Shown here piece after piece: positions 40,681 through 52,017 of a stretch of 64,000 nt of DNA. Source of the stretch: Eledone cirrhosa (Eukaryota); contig OZ024766.1 of the NCBI GenBank assembly GCA_964016885.1, positions 20,026,001-20,090,000 of the forward strand, read 5' to 3'. The translations under genes were made by a program, and so were the position numbers. The notes beneath the pieces are model-generated. The model was given only the letters and a program-made list of their open reading frames with translations, was not told the DNA's origin and did no database searches. Every line of letters begins with the position of its first letter. The first letter of the stretch is position 1.

Positions 40681-40978
40681 AAATGGAAACTATATTTATA
40701 AAACCATATTTATTTCAGGGATACCATATTAAAAATATGGTATGCCTTCGTCAGATAAAATACAATATATAAACAGTTTTATAAATAATTTTGACGTACC
40801 ATAAATATAAGCGACCATTAAATTTAATGGTCGCTTATATTTATGGTACGTCAAAATTATTTATAAAACTGTTTATATATTGTATTTTATCTGACGAAGG
40901 CATACCATATTTTTAATATGGTATCCCTGAAATATGTATAATGAAATAAATATGGTTTTATAAATATAGTTTCCATTT
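40681..40978. repeat. Spacerless palindrome with 142/156-bp arms
   Basis: Centre ccattaaa|tttaatgg at 40822/40823. The left arm lacks 14 bp. Confidence 0.92.
40883..40948 (+). ncRNA. Minimal type I hammerhead ribozyme motif
   Basis: TATTTTAT-CTGACGA-AGGcATACCATATT-ttt-AATATGGTATcCCT-GAAA-TATGTA-TA^ATGAAATA: complete core, 8-bp stem I, long stem II, minimal stem III, AUA cleavage triplet. Confidence 0.72.
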
Positions 40979-41277
40979 ATTAATATCGTATGTGTGTATA
41001 TATATATATATATGTATTCATGTATATATGCATATATATATATATATATATGTGTATATATATTGTATATATGCATACATACATTATACATACTAGACAA
41101 GATAATACACCTACACATCTGATATAAGAATAGAGATAGGCTATGTAGCCGGTAAAACCAAAAGGGGTGCAACACACATATTGCTATAGTGTTTCACCAG
41201 CTCTTCCTCAATCATTCATAGATGTGAGTGTATATAATAATTATTTTGTATAATGTGTCTATTTATAAATATGTATG

Positions 41278-41965
41278 AGTAGATGTGTGTATAACTCAGT
41301 AGATATGTGTGTGTAACTCAGTAGATGTGTGTGTAACTCAGTAGATGTGTGAGATGTGTGTGTAACTCAGTAGATGTGTATGTAACTCAGTAGATGTGTG
41401 TAACTCAGTAGATGTGTGTGTAACTCAGTGGATGTGTGTGTAACTCTGTGGATGTGTGTGTAACTCTGTGGATGTGTGTGTAACTCTGTGGATGTGTGTG
41501 TAACTCAGTAGATGTGTGTATAACTCAGATGTGTGTGTAACTCAATAGATATGTGTGTATAACTCAGTAGATATGTGTGTATAACTCAGTAGATATGTGT
41601 GTATAACTCAGTAGATATGTGTGTATAACTCAGTAGATATGTGTGTATAACTCAGTAGATATGTGTGTATAACTCAGTAGATATGTGTGTAGCTCAGTAG
41701 ATGTGTGTGTAACTCAGATGTTTGTGTAACTCAGATGTGTGTGTAACTCTGTAGATGTGTGTAACTCAGTAGATGTGTGTGTAACTCTGTAGATGTGTGT
41801 GTAACTCTGTAGATGTGTGTGTAACTCTGTAGATGTGTGTGTAACTCTGTAGATGTGTGTGTAACTCTGTAGATGTGTGTGTAACTCAGTAGATGTGTGT
41901 GTAGCTCAGTAGATGTGTGTATAACTCAGATGTGTGTATAACTCTGTAGATGTGTGTGTAACTCA
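41278..41965. repeat. 20-bp minisatellite, about 35 copies (unit 5)
   Basis: Same monomer with 22-bp variants. Confidence 0.93.
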
Positions 41966-42936
41966 AATAATTGTCCCCCACCCTCACTTTGATCTCAAAT
42001 AATTGTCTCCTACCCTCGCTTAGGTCTCAATTAATTTTCCCCCACCCTCACTCATTTAATTTTCAGATTTTTTACACCACCACCCCACTCTTAATTCACC
42101 CCACCCATTTAAAATAAATAGGATGGGTTGTGGTCTCATTATGTAAACTAAATGACTAATTTTAATGGTCTTAAGAGCTCATATACATACATATGTATAT
42201 ATATATATGTATATATATGAGCCCTTAAGACCAGTAAAATAACCTCTCTAGTGACACAAACAATACACCCGGTCCTTGCTGTAAAGTGGTTGATGAGAGG
42301 AAAGGCATCGAAACAGAAAAGATAAAAAATAGTGCTAAAATTATGTAATCCCTACGAATAAAAATTCTTACTAATTGTGTCTACAAGCCTAACACAAGTC
42401 ATGTTAACGGGGTGCCTAGGGTAGCCATGTGTGAGAATCCTTTGACTGTTACTAAGCAATTACACAGCACTTTTCCCCTTCCAGGTAGAAAGAACTGTTA
42501 CTCAAGGAACTGTCAAGTTACACATCTCAGGTCTCAGACAATTACCATGTTAGAATGTCATAAGAATGAAGTTCTTGGGTAAAGGCTATAGGGCAGACCT
42601 CCCAAAAGTTAGAAGGATATAGTTCATAGAGCATCGTGGAATATCACTGCTTACTTTGGAGAGAATAACTCTGGACAGGAAAGTTGATATCTACAGTTTA
42701 TCAATATAGAAATATAAAATTTCCAATGTTAAATCTATCTCTGTTTCTAAAGTATTCTCTATTATCTCATACTGTTTCTTTCTTATTTCAGAATATTAGA
42801 TGACATTTGCATCATCTTCAGATCTTGACTGAGATCACCGTTGCCGGAAATATAGCAGAAGAAATATCTTCAGGAATATAATTTATAAAATAAGACGAGA
42901 ATAACATCTGTAAATTCTGCCAAGGGAAGAAGAAAC

Positions 42937-45405
42937 ATGGAAACTAAATTGAGTGAGAAGAAGATTAAATGTGAAACATTGTCTAGAGATATGGCTATTC
43001 CAGAAGAGATGTCAAAATCTAGAGGAGGGAAACCATATCACTGTGATATTTGTGGTAAATCATTCTCTCAAAATGGTCACTTAATTTCACACAAACGTAC
43101 CCATACAGGAGACAGGCCATACCACTGTGATATCTGTGGTAAATCATTCTCTCGAAGTAGTGACTTAACTAGACACAAACGTATACATACAGGAGACAAG
43201 CCATACCACTGTGATATCTGTGGTAAATCATTCTGTGATAGTAGTAACTTGACTTGCCACAAACGTACACATACAGGAAACAAGCCATACCACTGCAACA
43301 TCTGTGGTAAATCATTCTATGTTTGTAGTACCTTAACTAGACACAAACGTATACATACAGGAGACAAGCCATACCACTGTGATATCTGTGGTAATTCATT
43401 CTCTGATAATGGTACCTTAACTAGCCACAAACGTACCCATACAGGAGACAAGCCATACTACTGTGATATCTGTGGTAAATCATTCTCTAAAAGTAGTCAC
43501 TTAACTATACACAAACGTATACATACAGGAGACAAGCCATACCACTGTGATATCTGTGGTAAATCATTCTCTGTTAGTGAAAGCTTACGTATACACAAAC
43601 GTACCCATACAGGAGACAAGCCATACCACTGTGATATCTGTGGTAAATCATTCTCTCTAAATAGTCACTTAACTATACACAAACGTATACATACAGGAGA
43701 CAAGCCATACCACTGTGATATCTGTGGTAAATCATTCTCTGTAAGTTATGCCGTAACTAGCCACAAACGTACCCATACAGGAGACAAGCCATACCACTGC
43801 GATATCTGTGGTAAATCATTTTCTCAAAGTTGTCACTTAACTAGACACAAACGTACCCATACAGGAGACGAGCCATACCACTGTGATATCTGTGGTAAAT
43901 CATTCTCTGCAAGTCATCACTTAACTAGACACAAACGTATACATACAGGAGAGAATCCATACCACTGTGATATCTGTGGTAAATCATTCTCTGTAAGTTA
44001 TGCCTTAACTAAACACAAATATACCCATACCGGAGACAAGCCATACCACTGTGATATCTGTGGTAAATCATTCTTTATAAGTGCTAACTTAACTAGACAC
44101 AAACGTATACATACAGGAGAGAAGCCATACCACTGTGATATCTGTGGTAAATCATTCTCTGTAAGTGCTAACTTAACTAGACACAAACTTACCCATAATG
44201 GAGACAAGCCATACCACTGTGATATCTGTGGTAAATCATTCTCTAAATCAGATAGCTTAACTATACACAAACGTATACATACAGGAGACAAGCCATATCA
44301 CTGTGATATCTGTGGTAAATCATTTTCTGATAGAAGTGACTTAACTAAACACAAACGTACCCATACAGGAGACAAGCCATACCACTGTGATATCTGTGGT
44401 AAATTATTCTCTCAAAGTAGTCACTTAACTAGCCACAAATATACCCATACAGGAGACAAGCCATACCACTGTGATATCTGTGGTAAATCATTCTTTACAA
44501 GTAGTGACTTAACTAGACACAAACGCATACATACAGGAGACACGTCATACCACTGTGACATCTGTGGTAAATTATTTTCTGCATCAAGTTATTTAACTAG
44601 ACACAAATATACCCATACAGGATACAAGCCATACCACTGTGATATCTGTGGTAAATCATTCTCTCAAAGTAGTACCTTAACTAGACACAAACGTATACAT
44701 ACAGGCGACAAGCCATACCACTGTGATATCTGTGGTAAATTATTTTCTGCATCAAGTAATTTAACTACGCACAAATATACCCATACGGGAGACAAGCCAT
44801 ACCACTGTGATATCTGTGGTAAATCATTCTTTATAAGTGGTAAATTAACTAGACACAAACGTATACATACAGGAGACAAGCCATACCACTGCGATATCTG
44901 TGGTAAATTATTCTCTGTATCAAGTAGTTTAACTAGACACAAAAATACCCATACAGGAGACAAGCCATACCACTGCGATATCTGTGGTATATCATTCTCT
45001 GATAGTAGTACCTTAACTAAACACTTACGTACCCATACAGGAGACAAGTCATACCACTGCGATATCTGTGGTAAATTATTCTCTGTATCAAGTAGTTTAA
45101 CTAGACACAAAAATACCCATACAGGAGACAAGCCATACCACTGCGATATCTGTGGTATATCATTCTCTGATAGTAGTACCTTAACTAAACACTTACGTAC
45201 CCATACAGGAGACAAGCCATACCACTGTGATATCTGTGGTAAATCATTCTCTGTAAGTAATAACTTAACTAGACACAAACGTATACATACAGGAGACAAG
45301 CCATACCACTGTGATATCTGTCGTAAATCATTCTCTGCAAGTAGTAACTTAACTAAACACTTACGTACCCATACAGGAGACAAGTCTTACCACTGCGATA
45401 TCTGA
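42937..45405 (+). CDS. C2H2 zinc-finger protein, 822 aa, 28 fingers, 29th truncated by TGT-to-TGA
   Basis: 33 + 28 x 28 + YHCDI*. The remainder of the terminal finger is visible after the stop. Confidence 0.9.
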   Translation: METKLSEKKIKCETLSRDMAIPEEMSKSRGGKPYHCDICGKSFSQNGHLISHKRTHTGDRPYHCDICGKSFSRSSDLTRHKRIHTGDKPYHCDICGKSFCDSSNLTCHKRTHTGNKPYHCNICGKSFYVCSTLTRHKRIHTGDKPYHCDICGNSFSDNGTLTSHKRTHTGDKPYYCDICGKSFSKSSHLTIHKRIHTGDKPYHCDICGKSFSVSESLRIHKRTHTGDKPYHCDICGKSFSLNSHLTIHKRIHTGDKPYHCDICGKSFSVSYAVTSHKRTHTGDKPYHCDICGKSFSQSCHLTRHKRTHTGDEPYHCDICGKSFSASHHLTRHKRIHTGENPYHCDICGKSFSVSYALTKHKYTHTGDKPYHCDICGKSFFISANLTRHKRIHTGEKPYHCDICGKSFSVSANLTRHKLTHNGDKPYHCDICGKSFSKSDSLTIHKRIHTGDKPYHCDICGKSFSDRSDLTKHKRTHTGDKPYHCDICGKLFSQSSHLTSHKYTHTGDKPYHCDICGKSFFTSSDLTRHKRIHTGDTSYHCDICGKLFSASSYLTRHKYTHTGYKPYHCDICGKSFSQSSTLTRHKRIHTGDKPYHCDICGKLFSASSNLTTHKYTHTGDKPYHCDICGKSFFISGKLTRHKRIHTGDKPYHCDICGKLFSVSSSLTRHKNTHTGDKPYHCDICGISFSDSSTLTKHLRTHTGDKSYHCDICGKLFSVSSSLTRHKNTHTGDKPYHCDICGISFSDSSTLTKHLRTHTGDKPYHCDICGKSFSVSNNLTRHKRIHTGDKPYHCDICRKSFSASSNLTKHLRTHTGDKSYHCDI

Positions 45406-45945
45406 GGTAAATTATTCTCTGTATCAAGTAGTTTTAGACACAAATATACCCATATGGGTGAGAACCCATAACCAAAAAAATATCTCATTGTCTGACAATG
45501 GTGAATTAAACACAAATACATTCATATGAGAAGCCATGCCACTGTGCTATTCTCTTTCATTGCTACTTAACTTCATACAAACATATATATGTTTGGTAAA
45601 TATATATTTGTGGTAAATTGTTATCCATGATAGCTTGTTCAACTAGACACAAACATATACATACAGGAGAGAGACCATATCACTGTGATATCTGTGGGAA
45701 ATCATTCTCTGAAATAACTCCATTCGGCACTAACATTTACAGGAAAGGCACTATATCACTGTAATGTCTGCAGTAAATCCTTCTCTAATTGTTGGGGCTT
45801 CACTACACACTAACATTTACAGGAGAGGAACTATATCACTGTGATGTCTGGTAAATCATTCTCTAAATGTTGGGGCTTCACTAGACACTAACATATACAG
45901 GAGAGGAACTATATCACTGTGATGTCTGTGGTAAATCATTCTCTT
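45406..45945 (+). pseudogene. Degenerate 3' zinc-finger repeats
   Basis: Paralogous to 7522-8175. Confidence 0.8.
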
Positions 45946-46897
45946 GTAAAAATTACTTAATGCAACACAATCAGACAAGATAAAAACCATATCACTCACC
46001 CAAAATAGTGACACCAATGTTGTTAATATTTTGAATAAAACTGTTTTACTAAGAAATTCTTCTCCTTTCATTTTATTTGTAGAAGTTGTAACCAAGACTT
46101 GTGATGACAAATCTGTATCGTTCAGAATTTACATACGCTATATATATGTGAATGTATGTGTGTAGAAATTTGTGTCCTCTTTTATTTGTTGCATATGTAG
46201 TGGATAAATGTATTCTTTTGTGTATGAATGATAAAAAGAATAATGCCAGAATTGTGATGTTGACAATGTTTATTTTACAATAACAATATTAACTTGTTGC
46301 TACATTGAATATCAAGTAATAAAAATTGTGACAGGAATTATCACTACATCAATTTGCTGACTAGCTACTTCGAGCTAGCGTGCATGTATGTATCAATACA
46401 ACGATACACGAGAAGTGATTCAACAGGAAGACAAAAGAATAGATAAAACACAGTAGTAAACAGTATAATGAAACCTATTGAGTGTGTGTGTATCCTTAGT
46501 ATTTGTTATTCCTCTCAAGGACTGGTGCTTCGGTCTCTCTTGTTTGGTGGTGTAGTCTGTGGCAGAGAAGGTGAGGGCCAGGAGAGAGATAGAGTAAAAG
46601 GTCAGTAGAAGTCTGTAGACCCCAAGAGGTCTGTAGAATGTGAATGTTTCACATCATTATTCTCTTAAGGACTACTGCTTCGTGGTCTGGCTGCTGGATT
46701 CCCTTTGTACTTGTATTTATAATAACCCTATAGCTAGATGTGTATACAGGGTTGATTTATGAGTAGCCATGTGAGTTTCAGCTATCTTGAAGCTGGGGTC
46801 ACAGGTCAAGTGGCATGTATGTTCATCATTGTTGTCTCTTGACAGGACAATGGTGGGAAACTCGCAACGATAGGTGGTCCCAGATGCGAGAACTTTT

Positions 46898-47147
46898 AGA
46901 GTGATGGTCATATTTGGAGGGGAAAGATCTTAGACATGTGTTTATAGAGTGATGGTCACATTTGGAGAGAGACTCAACACCTGTCTTTATAGAGTGATGG
47001 TCATATTTGGAGAGGAGAGACAACTTGTCTTTATAGAGGCATGGTCATATCTGGAGAGGAAAGACCATATATTTGTTTTTACAGAGGGATGGTCACATTT
47101 GGAGAGGGGAGACAACTGTTGTCTTTATAAAGGGATGGTCACATCTG
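46898..47147. repeat. Diverged ~44-bp tandem repeat x6 at the end of the segmental array
   Basis: agagtgatggtcatatttggagaggagagacaacttgtctttat variants. Confidence 0.8.
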
Positions 47148-47519
47148 GATATTATACCGGGGTGGGGGGAGATGGACAGGAGCGGCTGTTATATTCTGTA
47201 GAGATGGCCATGTCTGGATTTCGTTAGAAAAGGAACAAAGGTGACCCCAATGTGGGGGGGGGGGTTCTTTTTCTATAAAATTTGTTCAGCCATGAGTTGT
47301 CTCCCTTGAATTTGTGTTTTTTTGTTTATTTTATATATTTTTGTAGGTATGTATATATGTTATTTAACCCTCGGTCGGTCCTGGTACAGGAGAGAAACAC
47401 TTTGGATCAAAGGTTTTCCAGCCGTGACCATCTAGGCTTTTATTCAAACAAAGTGTATCTAGAACTTGTATAATATATACATATATGTATGATGTATATA
47501 TATGCATACATTATATAAA

Positions 47520-49260
47520 TAAAATTTGGTTGAGGGCTTCCTGTATTTGGGAGCAAAGACTGGGAATACGGAAGATGATGTGGTTGAGAGGAAGAGCAAG
47601 GCCTGGGCGGCGTGCCACAGCTTCAGATCGGTGTGGAAGTCAGACCTGAAAATCTGCCTCTTCATCGTTGAAGTGGAGTCTATGCTGCTGTACAGGTCTG
47701 AGACTTGGACACTGGCCAAGAAACTCACTCAGATGGTGGATGGGTGCTACACGAGAATGCTGAGGATGGCTCGTTGCTGTAGTGGAGTCTGTGCTGCTGT
47801 ACGGGTCTGAGACTTGGACACTGACCAAGAAACTCACTCAGATGGTGGATGGGTGCTACACGAGAATGCTGAGGATGGCTCGTTGTTGTAGTGGAGTCTG
47901 TGCTGCTGTACGGGTCTGAGACTTGCACACTGACCAAGAAACTCACTCAGATGGTGGATGGGTGCTACACGAGAATGCTGAGGATGGCTCGTTGTTGTAG
48001 TGGAGTCTGTGCTGCTGTACGGGTCTGAGACTTGGACACTGGCCAAGAAACTCACTCAGATGGTGGATGGGTGCTACACGAGAATGCTGAGGATGGCTCG
48101 TTGTTGTAGTGGAGTCTGTGCTGCTGTACGGGTCTGAGACTTGGACACTGGCCAAGAAACTCACTCAGATGGTGGATGGGTGCTACACGAGAATGCTGAG
48201 GATGGCTCGTTGTTGTAGTGGAGTCTGTGCTGCTGTACGGGTCTGAGACTTGGACACTGGCCAAGAAACTCACTCAGATGGTGGATGGGTGCTACACGAG
48301 AATGCTGAGGATGGCTCGTTGTTGTAGTGGAGTCTGTGCTGCTGTACGGGTCTGAGACTTGCACACTGACCAAGAAACTCACTCAGATGGTGGATGGGTG
48401 CTACACGAGAATGCTGAGGATGGTTCGTTGTTGTAGTGGAGTCTGTGCTGCTGTACGGGTCTGAGACTTGGACACTGGCCAAGAAACTCACTCAGATGGT
48501 GGATGGGTGCTACACGAGAATGCTGAGGATGGCTCGTTGTTGTAGTGGAGTCTGTGCTGCTGTACGGGTCTGAGACTTGGACACTGGCCAAGAAACTCAC
48601 TCAGATGGTGGATGGGTGCTACACGAGAATGCTGAGGATGGCTCGTTGTTGTAGTGGAGTCTGTGCTGCTGTACGGGTCTGAGACTTGGACACTGGCCAA
48701 GAAACTCACTCAGATGGTGGATGGGTGCTACACGAGAATGCTGAGGATGGCTCTGAACATTAATCAGTATACACTGAGGATGAAAAACTCAAAGCTGTAT
48801 GGGAGCCTCCCAAAAGTCAGCTCAAAAGTGACACAGAGGAGACTGAGGTTAGCTGGACATGCTCACCGACATCCAGAGTTGACACTGGACTGTGCTCCTG
48901 TGGGAGCCCCTGCATGGACACACTGGAAGAGGGAGACTGAGGTTAGCTGGACATGCTCACCGACATCCAGAGTTGACACTGGACTGTGCTCCTGTGGGAG
49001 CCCCTGCATGGACACACTGGAAGAGGGAGACTGAGGTTAGCTGGACATGCTCACCGACATCCAGAGTTGACACTGCACTCAGTGCTCCTGTGGGATCCCC
49101 TACATGGACACACTGGAAGAGGAAGACCAAGGTTAACGTATGTTGAGGCACTAAGGACAGACACTGGTCTGTTGGAGACGCAGGACATAGCAGCGATAAT
49201 GAGGGACAGAGACTGCTGGAGAGAACTCGTCCATGGATCTCGAGAATTTTACCCGCCTTA
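47520..49260 (+). mobile_element. 3' part of an RTE-clade LINE ORF with internal tandem expansions (109 bp x ~10, 94 bp x 3)
   Basis: FLYLG...ESVLLYGSETWTL...DGCYTRMLRMALNI...RRLRLAGHAHRH...GRGRPRLTY...MRDRDCWR, the typical RTE C-terminus. Confidence 0.88.
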
Positions 49261-49336
49261 CATATAGATGTATATATTTATATTTATGTGTATATATATA
49301 TTATACATACATATATATTTTAATGTATAGACAATA

Positions 49337-49558
49337 TGCCCCCACTGCAAGGTGGTCGTGGAGGTACCACAGTAAAAAAGCACACAGCACTCACTGTAAG
49401 TGAGGTTGGTGTTAGGAAGGGCATCCAGCTGTAGAAATCAAGCCAAATTAGTTCCTGTATGAGCAAGGCATGGTCAGCCCATCAGACAATGCCCACAACA
49501 GGACTACCCGTCTAACCCATGCTAGCGTGGAAGAACGGACGTAAAACGGTGATGCTGA
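49337..49558 (+). mobile_element. SINE-like element (same family as 4777-5074)
   Basis: Aligns by eye to 4790-5050. Confidence 0.75.
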
Positions 49559-50132
49559 TATGTATTATATATATAGATGTATATATTTATATTTATGGGT
49601 ATATATATATATTATACATACATATACATCTATATATATATGTAATATATATATAGATGTATATATTTATATTTATGTGTATATATATTATACATACATA
49701 TTTTAATGTATTATATATATATGTAATATATATATATATATTTATATTTATATGTATATATATATATATATTATACATACATATATATTTTAATGTATTA
49801 TATATATGTAATATATATATATATAGATGTATATATTTATATTTATGTGTATATATATTATAATATATATACATATATAAATATACATTATATATATGTT
49901 ATAATATATATAATAATTATTTTATTTATTTACTTATACGAAACAAGGAACAAGTGGTGTATATATAATATATAATACATATGATACGTATATATAATAT
50001 ATACATATATATATATATATATATGAATATATATAACAATTATTTTAATTAATTACTCATATAAAACAAGAAACAAGTTGGCAAGAATGAATTTATTTAA
50101 AAAAATCTGCCGTCGTTAAAAATAATAAAATT

Positions 50133-50160
50133 CCGCCATTGCTTCTCCCATGATGCAACG
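50133..50160. promoter_or_regulatory. YY1-like and ZNF143/Staf-like motifs in a CpG-containing patch
   Basis: CCGCCATT at 50133-50140 next to TTCTCCCATGATGCAACG at 50143-50160. Confidence 0.4.
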
Positions 50161-50564
50161 GGGCAGGTAAATTATTTGACGCTTTAGCGACATCAGTTCC
50201 TTGACTTTGTCCAACACGAAATCTCAAGAACGATAACTCCGTCTTTACTTAATCGCAAAAATGGGTGAAAAAAAGTTTTTTAATGAAGGCAAATTTTTTT
50301 AAAATTTCTTTCTCATCAACTTGTTCCTTGTTTTATATGAGTAATTAATTAATTAATTAATTAAAATGATTGTTATATATATTATATTTATTATTATTTC
50401 TATTATATATATATATTTATAATATATATATATATATTTCTATTATATATATATATATTATAAATATATAATATATATATATATATATATACGTATGTCC
50501 CGGGTTGAGTCGGAGATAACCACAGTAAGTAAGGTACTCAATACATGGCAGAGTAAAATTCTTT

Positions 50565-50680
50565 TATTTTATAGAAGGAGCTTCTACAGGACTAGTACTG
50601 TTTCATTCAGATTAAATCTTCAGGAAGCTGAAGATTTAATCTGAATGAAACAGTACTAGTCCTGTAGAAGCTCCTTCTAT

Positions 50681-50686
<6 letters not shown>
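50565..50686. repeat. Perfect hairpin, 59-bp arms, 4-nt loop
   Basis: 50565-50623 is the exact reverse complement of 50628-50686. Confidence 0.93.
50579..50629 (-). ncRNA. Type I hammerhead ribozyme motif (weak stem II, U-U at its base)
   Basis: AGCTTC-CTGAAGA-TTTAATCTGAAT-GAAA-CAG-tactagtc-CTG-TA^GAAGCT. Confidence 0.62.
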
Positions 50687-50716
<30 letters not shown>

Positions 50717-50718
50717 TG

Positions 50719-50769
50719 AGATTCTACAGGGCTAGAACTGTTTCATTCTTTAGAAATCATCAGGAATCT
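50719..50769 (-). ncRNA. Type I hammerhead ribozyme motif (U-U at the base of stem II)
   Basis: AGATTC-CTGATGA-T-TTC-taaa-GAA-T-GAAA-CAG-ttctagcc-CTG-TA^GAATCT. Stem I covaries with the 50579 copy. Confidence 0.68.
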
Positions 50770-51264
50770 GGGTATCAAAAAATAAATATGGTATTTATAG
50801 GTCTCTACAAGTGGTAGAAGAGGGTGGGGAGTGGGATGGGTGTAGGTCATTGGTTGATAGAAAAGGGAATTCATTAAAAGCTAATTCTACAAAGCTATAG
50901 TTTATTTTTATTTATATTTATTTATGTTTTTAGAGTAACAAGGGCAGACAGAACTCCATAAACAGGTTCCGGATGGCATACCATTCCTTGTCAATAAGTT
51001 TCTCTTAAGCTAACAGATGTCTATAAGATCAGTGGGGGGTCAGTCATGGTAGATAGATTTAAAGGAAAGGGACATTCTTTAAAAGCTAAAATCATTAAGG
51101 TTCCACTAAGTGACAAAGGTTTAGAGAATTCTGTAGACATAATACGTATATATTTAATATATATATATATATATATTTATATACAGCCAGAGTAAACCTC
51201 TTCAAATGAAGTCGGTGTTATAACGGTATGTCGAACCTATTTGTCTATAAAACTGTTTATATTG

Positions 51265-51330
51265 TATTTTGTCTGATGAAGGCATAGCATATTGTTAATA
51301 TGATATCCCCGAAATATATATAATGAAATA
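51265..51330 (+). ncRNA. Minimal hammerhead motif, diverged copy of the 40883 family
   Basis: TATTTTGT-CTGATGA-AGGcATAgCATATT-gtt-AATATGaTATcCCC-GAAA-TATATA-TA^ATGAAATA. Confidence 0.62.
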
Positions 51331-51407
51331 AATATGGTTTTATAAATATAGTTTTCCATTTATTTAATATTGTATATTTATATAATATATATATATGTAA
51401 TATATAC

Positions 51408-51455
<48 letters not shown>

Positions 51456-51532
51456 GCACATATATATATATATAATATATACATGTAACATACGTATTAT
51501 ATATTTAATATATGTTACATGTATATATTATG

Positions 51533-51568
<36 letters not shown>

Positions 51569-51649
51569 CGTATATATTACATATATATATATATTATATA
51601 AATATATATATATATATATTTTTATAATATATATATATGTAATATATAC

Positions 51650-51692
<43 letters not shown>

Positions 51693-52017
51693 TGTTACAT
51701 GTATATATTATATATATCTGTGTGTGTGTGTGTATCAATCTATCTGTGTGTGTGTTTTAATGTGTCAAAACATTTCCTTATCACCGACTGGGTCTCGCAC
51801 AACGCCTGACAATCCCAAGTCAATTTAAGAGCCTTATCAATATTTCAAACAACATTTGGTCTGATTCACATCCAACTTATCAAACACACTGAATTGAAAA
51901 CCTACCCTTGACCTGGTACCCTGGTGCAGTCTGTCACTCACCCCGGCCCTGCTGCATTTCGGGCCCAAGGGTGTAAACTCTCCAAATATCCTGATTTTGG
52001 TGGCTCTCTGACAGGTT

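Noticed and set aside
6300-45383. Antisense ORFs with [16 protein letters not shown] repeats
   Set aside because: Shadow frames of the zinc-finger coding strand.
45403-45405. Rescue of the ZNF5 TGA by A-to-I editing
   Set aside because: It would give Trp rather than Cys, and the helix also has a 3-bp deletion, so the finger stays broken.
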